Positions 51,961 to 59,993 of a stretch of 64,000 nucleotides of DNA are shown here, piece after piece. The position numbers and the translations under genes are program-made. The first letter of the stretch is position 1, and the number at the start of each line of letters is the position of its first letter. The notes below the pieces were generated by a model. The model did no database searches. It was not told the origin of the DNA and saw only the letters and a list, made by a program, of their open reading frames with translations. Source of the stretch: Escherichia coli (GTDB lineage: Bacteria > Pseudomonadota > Gammaproteobacteria > Enterobacterales > Enterobacteriaceae); the NCBI RefSeq assembly GCF_003334815.1, contig NZ_QOWO01000001.1; one strand, written 5' to 3'.

Positions 51961-52841
51961 GCCTTCCAGAACATAGTTGAGTCAGGCACCAGTGCGGATG
52001 CGTTCACCCACACAACGATTTCAACGGCACCATTCAGCACGCGGCGGGCGGTGACGCGGATTTCATCATCCAGGGCAACGGCTGCATTGCCGAAAGCGCC
52101 AATGATTGTGCTGGAAGTCTGGCCGCTGATTTCAGCGCGTACACCGTAGGCACGCAGAACGCCGTCTTGCAGTTCCAGGCCGGTGCAATCACCGCCAACA
52201 ATGGCTTTAACTTCATCAAAGCGCAGGTTTTTGGCTGCAATCTTCTGCGCCACTGCGGTGAATGACGGGCTGGCCAGCGTTTCCGCTGCGGTTTCCAGGT
52301 GGTTCAGCAGTACGAAATCAGCCAGGTCAGCAATTCCGCGTTCAATGGCGGTGTTGACCACTTCCAGCGTGGTATCGTCTGCGAAGTCGTGTTTCATCTG
52401 CTTGCGGCTAAGGGTGTAGCCCACGCCGTAAGCCGGTGCGTTGTTGTGGTTGAACGCTGATACCAGGTAAGGCAGGCCGCTCATGGTGATTTCTTCGCCG
52501 TCAGCCACTTTGGCGAACGCACCAGGGCGAACGACAACGAAGCGGTCAGCCACTTCGCGGCCAGTCGTTGCGCCGGTGTTGCCAGTCGGAGGCGTGGTCA
52601 TCGGGCCAGGGATGCGGATGATTTCAGCGCCTGCCTGTGCCACCAGTGAACGTTCAGCCAGAACAGCGTTGAAGGTGGTCTGCTTGCCGCCTTTCGGGGT
52701 CAGCACGTCATTCATGGACAGGTAGCGAACTGCTGCAGGTTCCACAGGGATGAATTGAGTAATGTCACCGTTGCCATCAGTGCGAATGTGGCCGCCCTGG
52801 TGGTTCAACGCGTCGTTGATAAGTTGAGATAAAACGTTCAT
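51957..52841 (-). CDS. Phage structural-like protein, 294 aa (major tail- or capsid-like; unassigned)
   Basis: ORF track 322 aa; start moved to MNVLSQLINDAL (ATG at 52841), which has a GGAG RBS 8 nt upstream; first gene of the minus-strand operon ending in the tape measure. Confidence 0.4.
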   Translation of the reverse strand: MNVLSQLINDALNHQGGHIRTDGNGDITQFIPVEPAAVRYLSMNDVLTPKGGKQTTFNAVLAERSLVAQAGAEIIRIPGPMTTPPTGNTGATTGREVADRFVVVRPGAFAKVADGEEITMSGLPYLVSAFNHNNAPAYGVGYTLSRKQMKHDFADDTTLEVVNTAIERGIADLADFVLLNHLETAAETLASPSFTAVAQKIAAKNLRFDEVKAIVGGDCTGLELQDGVLRAYGVRAEISGQTSSTIIGAFGNAAVALDDEIRVTARRVLNGAVEIVVWVNASALVPDSTMFWKA

Positions 52842-53229
52842 TAAAAATGCTCCGGTTGTTGTGCAATAAATCGTCTGGAATGACTTAAAGATATACAGTA
52901 ACCAGGCCGAACACAATAGCCACAATGTGAGCTTTTTAATGTAAAATCAGTAACTTATAACCATGAATACTTGCAAATAACCAGGCATAATCCGGCGTAA
53001 TCGATATTTACACATCTTTACAATTCAGCGTGTGTAAAACGTGTTCGCTTTATTTTGCAATCTCGCAAGTATGGTTCCAGTGCTTTGATAGGATTCACAT
53101 AAATGATTGATTTACTTGACGTAATCATAAAGTGAGTTTTGTAGGGGCACGCACAACGCGAATTACGCGGGACCAATGCCCCCGCAGGCTGTACCCCCCT
53201 CGGAAGTACCTTGACTTTTTTGGCAGCAG

Positions 53230-53540
53230 ATGGCGATGACACCTAATGTCACCATGACGGCGTTATGTTGGAAAGGTGTCATTAGGTGTCATAGCGGGAA
53301 ACACGCTGATTATTAAAGAAAAATACAAACAAGATAATGTAATGAATGACACCTGTGACACCATGACACCCATTTCTATAAAGTATAACGACCACTGTTA
53401 CATTATCACAGTGGTCGTTATTTTCTTTAAAAATGCTGTCATAGGTGTCATAGGTGTCATTAGTAATGTCGCAACCCTTGCGGGTTATGGCTTGAGAACA
53501 ATGACACCTGCCATGACACCTTATAAATTAATGACACCTA
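53230..53540. repeat. Iteron array: at least 10 perfect copies of the octamer ATGACACC/GGTGTCAT in both orientations, with a central 9-bp-arm palindrome; probable replication origin
   Basis: Perfect copies start at 53236, 53275, 53285, 53346, 53363, 53444, 53453, 53501, 53513 and 53531; variants at 53246, 53355 and 53435; palindrome gaccactgt-N9-acagtggtc at 53390-53416; located 3' of the primase gene. Confidence 0.7.
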
Positions 53541-53607
53541 GGCGTCACTTTGAAAATAAAAAAAGCCCCGGCATTCGCCAGGGTAATGGGCAACAACTGT
53601 TGTGATG

Positions 53608-53832
53608 TTATGATCGGATGAACGGCAAGATTTCAGCGGAATCCACTACCCTTATGCGGTAGCTGCATAGCAGGTTTTCACCCAACTTGGCCAGTTCCTG
53701 CTGCACCTCTGGCAGCCTATTGCGAGCATGGTCTACCGCTTCCTGTTCAGTGGCGAAACCCTCCATAATTTCGGTTTCGGTGTAGGTGCCGTGTTCCGGG
53801 TCAAAAGCAATGATATATGCGCGATAACTCAT
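53608..53832 (-). CDS. Small hypothetical protein between the primase gene and the iteron origin
   Basis: ORF track 74 aa; GAGG RBS 6 nt upstream of the ATG. Confidence 0.5.
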   Translation of the reverse strand: MSYRAYIIAFDPEHGTYTETEIMEGFATEQEAVDHARNRLPEVQQELAKLGENLLCSYRIRVVDSAEILPFIRS

Positions 53833-53841
53833 AGTATTACC

Positions 53842-55530
53842 TCAAAACTGGTGGTTAGGCCCATCAAAATAGCGATGGTCTTGCTGTCCAAAAACTTTCG
53901 GTGGCATTAGGTAAAAACGCCCTTTACTTGTTCTACGTGCATCCCTTCCTGTCAGTTTTCGCAGAATGTTACCGCACTGCGTTGCCTGGGATTTTGTTGG
54001 CCGATCCTGCCCAATAGACAACAGAACATCCGTTGCAGTCATTTCTATATATGCAGCCAGGCGATCACTGTTCCAATCAAAACGCGCCAATATCATTTCT
54101 TCAATCGGGTCAGTTTGCCCGTGCTGTTCGTTCACGACTTCCAGCATGGCTTCTTCATCACGGTCCAGCCACCAGCGTTCACCTGCTTCAAACCAGGAAA
54201 GAACTTCGGCCCATAATTGTTGTGTGTCTATGCCATGCTCGTAGTTAACGGCAGTTACAGGAATGGTCCACCAGCGCACGTTCCCGGTGTCATCCGCCAG
54301 GAAGTGTTTCGGGTTCACTGACGCAAAAAACACGGTGCGGCGCTGGTACTTCGATTCAAGCCGGTCATAAGGGCGGCGCAGGTCATCACGGTCCTGGCTG
54401 ATAAATGCTTTGAGCTTGGCAATATCCGCCTTGCGAAACGTCGCATCCAATTCGCCTAGCTCAACAAGCCAGTGACTAATTGCGCTGGCCACGCTGTCTT
54501 TATTGCCGGGGTCAATAGTTGCTCCCACCTTAACCAGGTTGCGATTGTCAGGGGGCAGAAGCGCTTTAAACCATGCTGTTTTACCCAGTGACTGCTCGCC
54601 CTGGAAAACCAGCACGCCTTTGGACCAGAAACCCGCTTCTAAGTAAGCAGCCGCCACGGCAGACAGCAACCAACGACGCACCAGCATGGCCAGCAGATCG
54701 CGACTGTAGTCATCTGGCGTGCTGATAGTATTCAGCAGGTCTGCAAATCGGCTTCGTCCATCCCATTCACGTTGATTGATGAAATCCCTGACAGGATTAT
54801 AAGTATTGCGCACAGCGATAGTTTTGATATGACCTTCAATATTACTCATTGGTAACCGGTTCAGTGCGGCGAGGCTTAAAATTTCACTCACAGCGCAGTT
54901 ATCGCGAGCATCTGAACCGCCACTAACGCCAGGTACTAAAACCTCAACGTCCTTGCTAATCTCATTATATTTTGCAGAAATGCTGTAGTTATCTAATAGA
55001 CGTTCAACATTAGGGCGTGTGTTTAAAGGCTGGCCATTGCTTCCAATATTTGGCCAGGTTGTCATTAATACAGGAGCCATATCGTGAATGTCTTTTACAG
55101 TTGCTGCGGCGGTTGCTCGTTCTTCTTTGCGCAGCATGCCCACCAGGCTTTCACCGCGTAGGGCGGCGTCTCTAAGCCTGTCCATGTTCCATTTTTCCGG
55201 TTCACGGTCAGTAATGCCTTTAAATAAACGGGCTTCCTTAACTCCAGCCACTGCCAGCTTGTCAGCAATAGTGCTGATTTGAAGTTGCTTAATATCACCA
55301 GCCAGATATACCCGCGCAGACCGGCGACCATCGTCGATAATTCGTAGATTATCTAAATCATCCAGTTGTCTTGGCCCAAGGTAGACAGGAGGAGTAGTGT
55401 CACCGGCAACTTGTTTACCCATTCCTTCTTCCCAGCCCTTGGCATGGCTCCAAGCGTCAGAACCGGCAAAAATAATTGCTTCCGTAAAAGGGTCTTTAGG
55501 TAATAGCTTAACGTTAGGCGCGTTTCTCAT
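53842..55530 (-). CDS. Satellite-type primase / replication initiator with P-loop NTPase domain
   Basis: ORF track 562 aa; Walker A motif GEQSLGKTAW; sits between alpA and the iterons as in P4 alpha / PICI pri-rep arrangements. Confidence 0.65.
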   Translation of the reverse strand: MRNAPNVKLLPKDPFTEAIIFAGSDAWSHAKGWEEGMGKQVAGDTTPPVYLGPRQLDDLDNLRIIDDGRRSARVYLAGDIKQLQISTIADKLAVAGVKEARLFKGITDREPEKWNMDRLRDAALRGESLVGMLRKEERATAAATVKDIHDMAPVLMTTWPNIGSNGQPLNTRPNVERLLDNYSISAKYNEISKDVEVLVPGVSGGSDARDNCAVSEILSLAALNRLPMSNIEGHIKTIAVRNTYNPVRDFINQREWDGRSRFADLLNTISTPDDYSRDLLAMLVRRWLLSAVAAAYLEAGFWSKGVLVFQGEQSLGKTAWFKALLPPDNRNLVKVGATIDPGNKDSVASAISHWLVELGELDATFRKADIAKLKAFISQDRDDLRRPYDRLESKYQRRTVFFASVNPKHFLADDTGNVRWWTIPVTAVNYEHGIDTQQLWAEVLSWFEAGERWWLDRDEEAMLEVVNEQHGQTDPIEEMILARFDWNSDRLAAYIEMTATDVLLSIGQDRPTKSQATQCGNILRKLTGRDARRTSKGRFYLMPPKVFGQQDHRYFDGPNHQF

Positions 55531-55795
55531 ATCGCACCCCGCGTTTTAACTCCAGATACATCGCCCATGATTCAGAATCGCTGATGCGAAACGGCACCAG
55601 GCTATCAGCCATAGCGGCGTGACGTGAAACAATAGTCCACGGGCGGTTTACACCTTCGCGAATGCATGCTTGCAACAATAATTGTGCTGCCGCCATACGC
55701 TGGGCGGTAAGTTCGCCAACGGTTAACTGGCGCTGTGGGTTACGCAACAGGCTGTTATAGCGACTGATAGCCTGATTTACGGTTGTTTTCTTCAT
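55514..55795 (-). CDS. Small hypothetical protein directly upstream of the primase gene, overlapping its start
   Basis: ORF track 93 aa; GAGGTGG RBS; 17-nt overlap with the primase start. Confidence 0.5.
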   Translation of the reverse strand: MKKTTVNQAISRYNSLLRNPQRQLTVGELTAQRMAAAQLLLQACIREGVNRPWTIVSRHAAMADSLVPFRISDSESWAMYLELKRGVRYEKRA

Positions 55796-55803
55796 AAGCC
55801 ACC

Positions 55804-55983
55804 TCAGCGCTGTACTGGCTGGCGGCTTTCAAGCCACGCCATAACATCTTTGCGCCGCCAGGCCACGCGTTTTGGCCCTAATTTTATGCAATTAGGAAAC
55901 GTGCCAGCCTGGATATAGCGCCAGATAGTCATGCGGGATAATGTTGTTAGTGTTGTGACTTGCTTAGCAGTCAGTAATTCCAT
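55804..55983 (-). CDS. alpA: AlpA-family phage transcriptional regulator (MerR-like HTH), 59 aa; absent from the ORF track (below length cutoff)
   Basis: Hand-translated: MELLTAKQVTTLTTLSRMTIWRYIQAGTFPNCIKLGPKRVAWRRKDVMAWLESRQPVQR; classic AlpA signature; GAGGG RBS. Confidence 0.7.
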   Translation of the reverse strand: MELLTAKQVTTLTTLSRMTIWRYIQAGTFPNCIKLGPKRVAWRRKDVMAWLESRQPVQR

Positions 55984-56277
55984 CTTACGGCCCTCAAAAC
56001 ATGGCCGGTGGATATGTGGTCTGTAATGATTTATGATTATGTTGCGTTAACAAAGAACGCGACCATTACAGCCTTCACCGGCTTTTTGGTATTAAGGGGT
56101 TCGGTTTTCTGTTTGGCGACGTGAACCGATCCCCGCCTTATTCAAGCCCTCAGTTCTGCTGGGGGCTTTTTATTACTACATGACAATAATACTCAAATTG
56201 TATCAGCAGTAAATACCCTTTAAATTCATAAACTTAACTGCAAATAACGCTACATAACTCTATATAATCATCAATTT

Positions 56278-57513
56278 TTAATTATCTGATTTTAAAAGGT
56301 TTATTTTTTCTAAATATTTTATCCATTTGTCCAAGGCTAACCGTTTTTCCGGGATGTACTGGCTACGGTTGTACACCGCCATCACTCCTGGCATTGAGTG
56401 GCCCAGCAACTGTTCAACCACATGCGGGGCTATCCCCAAGTTATTTAGACTGGTGGCAAAAGTGCGGCGCAGGTCATGCAACGTCCACGGCGTTGAATGC
56501 TCTAATCGTCTGTATAAGATACGCCCCCACTGGCTGACAGCTTCGGGTTTCTTCATTTCACCAAGCAGCATTCCGCTATCAAGATGATTTTGGCGTAGCT
56601 GTAAAATAAATGGCTGTATAGATTCAGGCACGGGTCTGATGATTTTCTCCCCACCCTTGCTATGTTCTCGCGGAACTGTCCAAATCCATTCTTTCACGTT
56701 CCATTCCGACCATGTCGAAAGACGAATTTCTTGTGTTCTTGCACCAAACACTATTAGCAATTTTAAAAGCGCGGTGTAGTAAGGTAGAAACGCATATTCG
56801 CTTTTTAGCGCATTCCAAAGGCCACTAAGTTCTTCAGAAGTTAAAACACGATCACGTTTTGCCTGCTTTCTTCCAACATCAGTAACTTTGATATCCTCCA
56901 GCGCATCACTGTAAACATCGTGCAGCCTGCGGTTGTGAATCAACGCCTGCTTGCAGTTACCTAATATGTAGCCGCTTGCTACCGGCGCGACTTTTTTGAT
57001 TCTGCTAAATGTCTCCATCCATCTTGCTTTAGAGCACTGTTCAAGTGGCAATTCGCCGATGAAAGGATAAATATGTCTTTCGAATTGGCGTCTATGCCTT
57101 TCAAAGTTGACCCGGTTTTCCGCCGCGTACTCATTAATCCAGCGTTCCAATGCTTCCCTGATAGTGACAGGTTTCATGGTTTTTGCTGACTCTTGGTCAA
57201 ACTGGTCTTTAGGATCTAGATTATGAGCAAGCCACCGTTTGCATTGGTCGCGTTTCACCCTCGCCTCAGCAAGAGATAAGGCAGGATACTTGCCCAGCAC
57301 TAGCGTCAAAGTATTGGCGCTTTTATGCTTATTCTTATAACGGAACAACCATTGGATGTTATTGGCCGGTCTCTTCTCGCCATCAAGGATTTTGCGCCTT
57401 GATGGTGTAACGCGAACAGAAAGGCTGCCACCGTCAGCAACATCAAAAGGTTTTTCGATGACTTTGCGGGTTAACGCACGCAATTGAACATCTGAGAGTT
57501 TATTTTCGGCCAT
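56278..57513 (-). CDS. int: Tyrosine recombinase, P4-type integrase family
   Basis: ORF track 435 aa; start taken at MAENKLSDVQLRAL (ATG at 57513, 411 aa); P4-integrase-like N-terminus (DGGSLSVRVTPSRRK) and C-terminal catalytic motifs (HDLRRTF...LGHS...VYNR...Y). Confidence 0.85.
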   Translation of the reverse strand: MAENKLSDVQLRALTRKVIEKPFDVADGGSLSVRVTPSRRKILDGEKRPANNIQWLFRYKNKHKSANTLTLVLGKYPALSLAEARVKRDQCKRWLAHNLDPKDQFDQESAKTMKPVTIREALERWINEYAAENRVNFERHRRQFERHIYPFIGELPLEQCSKARWMETFSRIKKVAPVASGYILGNCKQALIHNRRLHDVYSDALEDIKVTDVGRKQAKRDRVLTSEELSGLWNALKSEYAFLPYYTALLKLLIVFGARTQEIRLSTWSEWNVKEWIWTVPREHSKGGEKIIRPVPESIQPFILQLRQNHLDSGMLLGEMKKPEAVSQWGRILYRRLEHSTPWTLHDLRRTFATSLNNLGIAPHVVEQLLGHSMPGVMAVYNRSQYIPEKRLALDKWIKYLEKINLLKSDN

Positions 57514-57683
57514 AGAGTTAATGACAACCTTTTTGACAACTGTATGCAGGGAGTAACTGATAACTGATGATACAATGCGAGCCAATAAAAAATAAATATC
57601 TCTTTCCGCATCAATTATTTATGATGAATACAAATTATCTAGAGTGATAATAAATTACGTATAATGACTCTGTATTTTACAAT

Positions 57684-57693
57684 ACGGCATGAA
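57684..57693. repeat. Right copy of the 10-bp direct repeat ACGGCATGAA (candidate attR core)
   Basis: Exact match to 48364-48373; ~170 bp beyond the integrase start. Confidence 0.55.
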
Positions 57694-57721
57694 CTAATTC
57701 AGGTTAGCTAAATGCTTGATT

Positions 57722-57760
57722 AAAAAGGCGCTACTCGGCATGGGGAAGCGCCTTTTTTAT
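57722..57760 (+). terminator. Orphaned rho-independent terminator, probably the ancestral fis terminator displaced by the insertion
   Basis: aaaaaggcgct...agcgccttttttat on the plus strand with no upstream plus-strand gene; lies just outside attR. Confidence 0.5.
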
Positions 57761-57782
57761 AGGTGTCACAAAGGGAGTGACC

Positions 57783-58667
57783 ATGAGAACAGGATGTGAA
57801 CCGACCCGGTTTGGTAATGAAGCTAAGACCATTATTCACGGTGATGCGCTTGCCGAACTTAAAAAGATCCCCGCCGAAAGTGTCGATCTGATCTTTGCCG
57901 ACCCACCATATAACATCGGTAAAAATTTTGATGGTCTGATCGAAGCCTGGAAAGAAGATCTGTTTATCGACTGGCTGTTTGAAGTGATTGCAGAGTGCCA
58001 CCGCGTTCTGAAAAAGCAGGGCAGCATGTACATCATGAACAGTACGGAAAACATGCCCTTTATCGATCTCCAGTGCCGCAAGCTTTTTACCATCAAAAGT
58101 CGCATCGTCTGGTCATATGACAGTTCTGGAGTGCAGGCGAAAAAACACTACGGCTCCATGTACGAACCCATCCTGATGATGGTGAAAGACGCAAAGAACT
58201 ACACATTCAACGGTGATGCTATTCTGGTAGAAGCCAAAACCGGATCGCAGCGCGCGTTGATCGATTATCGCAAAAATCCTCCACAGCCTTACAATCATCA
58301 AAAAGTACCGGGTAACGTTTGGGATTTTCCGCGCGTGCGTTATTTGATGGATGAATATGAAAACCACCCGACGCAAAAACCGGAAGCCTTACTGAAACGC
58401 ATTATTCTCGCCTCTTCCAACCCAGGCGATATCGTTCTCGACCCGTTTGCTGGTAGCTTTACTACCGGTGCCGTAGCCATCGCCAGCGGACGAAAATTCA
58501 TTGGTATTGAGATCAACAGCGAGTACATCAAAATGGGGCTTCGACGGCTGGATGTCGCGTCGCATTACTCTGCGGAAGAACTGGCGAAAGTGAAAAAAAG
58601 AAAGACCGGCAACCTGTCAAAACGAAGCCGGTTAAGCGAAGTTGACCCCGATCTCATTACAAAGTAA
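57783..58667 (+). CDS. yhdJ: DNA adenine methyltransferase YhdJ
   Basis: ORF track 296 aa (GTG at 57777); ATG at 57783 taken as start; DPPY motif (FADPPYNIG). Confidence 0.93.
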   Translation: MRTGCEPTRFGNEAKTIIHGDALAELKKIPAESVDLIFADPPYNIGKNFDGLIEAWKEDLFIDWLFEVIAECHRVLKKQGSMYIMNSTENMPFIDLQCRKLFTIKSRIVWSYDSSGVQAKKHYGSMYEPILMMVKDAKNYTFNGDAILVEAKTGSQRALIDYRKNPPQPYNHQKVPGNVWDFPRVRYLMDEYENHPTQKPEALLKRIILASSNPGDIVLDPFAGSFTTGAVAIASGRKFIGIEINSEYIKMGLRRLDVASHYSAEELAKVKKRKTGNLSKRSRLSEVDPDLITK

Positions 58668-58750
58668 AGGATGTGTAAGCCTGGTTTTCAGATTATTCAT
58701 TTCGTGTATATTTCCTGCCAGACTTGGTTAAACATGCACAGGCTCAGGTA

Positions 58751-58930
58751 ATGATTCGCAAGTATTGGTGGCTCGTCGTTTTCGCTGTCTTCGTTTTTCT
58801 GTTTGATACTTTACTGATGCAGTGGATTGAACTGCTGGCAACAGAAACAGACAAATGCCGCAATATGAACTCAGTTAATCCACTAAAACTGGTTAACTGT
58901 GACGAACTGAATTTTCAGGACAGAATGTGA
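58751..58930 (+). CDS. yhdU: Small membrane protein YhdU
   Basis: ORF track 68 aa; start taken at MIRKYWWLVVFAVFVFLF, giving 59 aa. Confidence 0.8.
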   Translation: MIRKYWWLVVFAVFVFLFDTLLMQWIELLATETDKCRNMNSVNPLKLVNCDELNFQDRM

Positions 58931-58932
58931 AT

Positions 58933-59595
58933 TTACATGACACTTAATTCATTCGTTTGATGAATTAATTTCGTTATGTTTTCATCTGGCATGAACATTC
59001 TTAATACGTTATCGACCAGAGCGGGGGCTTGTTTATAAAGATCATAACCCGCCATATTCATTAACCAGTTTTGAACAATTCCGCTGAAGGCACCATCAAT
59101 AATAATCATCACAACATCTAAATCGAGGTTATTTGCTACACAACCTTGTTGCTGACACGCCTGCAATACTTCGCGGAGAGTCTGCGGATTAAAGCCCATC
59201 TTTTCGCGTATCACTCCCTCGGCCAGCATCTCATCATTAAATTCACATTTGTGATATAAGATTTTCAGCAACGCCTGCTGGCGGGGAATTTTGGCAATAT
59301 ATTGCAAGCCGACAATCAATTTTTCACGCAATTGTTGAAACGGGTCATGCTCTAATCCAGCCGTCAAGTGTTCCTGGATTAACTCCCGCAATGAAGGCTG
59401 TTGCAACCACATCTCATTAAACAGTTGAGTCTTGTTTTCGAAGTGCCAGTAGATAGCGCCACGCGTAACGTTAGCGGCGTCGGCAATGTCGTTGAGCGTC
59501 GTCTTGCTTACGCCATGCTGCGCAAACTGGGCGATGGCAGTTTCAATCAGTTCTTGCCGGGTCTTCAGAGCTTCGGCTTTGGTTCTTTTTGCCAT
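58933..59595 (-). CDS. acrS: TetR-family repressor AcrS (EnvR)
   Basis: ORF track 220 aa; TetR-type HTH; divergent from acrEF. Confidence 0.93.
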   Translation of the reverse strand: MAKRTKAEALKTRQELIETAIAQFAQHGVSKTTLNDIADAANVTRGAIYWHFENKTQLFNEMWLQQPSLRELIQEHLTAGLEHDPFQQLREKLIVGLQYIAKIPRQQALLKILYHKCEFNDEMLAEGVIREKMGFNPQTLREVLQACQQQGCVANNLDLDVVMIIIDGAFSGIVQNWLMNMAGYDLYKQAPALVDNVLRMFMPDENITKLIHQTNELSVM

Positions 59596-59993
59596 GATTA
59601 ATTATTCAGGAAATAAATATATTCGACACAGAGTGAGAAAATAGCGAAGGTTAATCTATCACCTAATGTGTATTTATACGAGAGGCTAATATTGAGTTGC
59701 TATAAATCGTTAAATAAATAATATATATTATTTACCTAAGATACATTCACTACATCAATATATATTTCAATTTACGAGGTTTTAATTCTGCCTCTTTCAA
59801 CCCGCGTCAAAATAAAACAGTAGAATATTAATCTTTTTTTGTGTTTATGTGCCTTGAGATGCCTGTATTCATAACTATTCCTTACATCGACGAATGATAA
59901 TTTGTAGGATAGCGAACTGTATTTTTCTTTCTGCGAGTTAACGCGTTGCCTTTTTGGGTAAATAACGCGCTTTTGGTTTTTTGAGGAATAGTA

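Larger units (their letters stand above)
48364..57693 (-). mobile_element. ~9.3 kb integrative phage-satellite-like island (P4/PICI-type integration and replication module plus tail tape measure module) inserted between fis and yhdJ
   Basis: Integrase, AlpA, primase, iteron origin and tape measure, all on the minus strand; bounded by the 10-bp direct repeat ACGGCATGAA (48364-48373 and 57684-57693); fis and yhdJ are normally adjacent in E. coli K-12. Confidence 0.75.

Noticed and set aside
53230-53540. CRISPR array
   Set aside because: The repeats are 8-bp iterons in mixed orientation without regular unique spacers, and the BIME units are known REP elements. No CRISPR-like repeat-spacer periodicity occurs anywhere in the window.
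53276-53605. 109-aa plus-strand ORF across the iteron array
   Set aside because: Its frame is produced by the repeated ATGACACC/GGTGTCAT octamers (repetitive GVIGVI and MTP peptide), and it has no RBS. It is an artefact of the repeat DNA, not a gene.
48364-57693. Complete P2-like or lambdoid prophage
   Set aside because: At about 9.3 kb with no terminase, portal, capsid, sheath/tube, baseplate or lysis genes it is too small and incomplete. The integrase, AlpA, primase and iteron set points to a satellite-type element.
57753-57760. GGTGTCAC next to the yhdJ RBS as an extra iteron
   Set aside because: It is a single imperfect copy outside the island boundary, in sequence I take to be ancestral chromosome; most likely coincidental.
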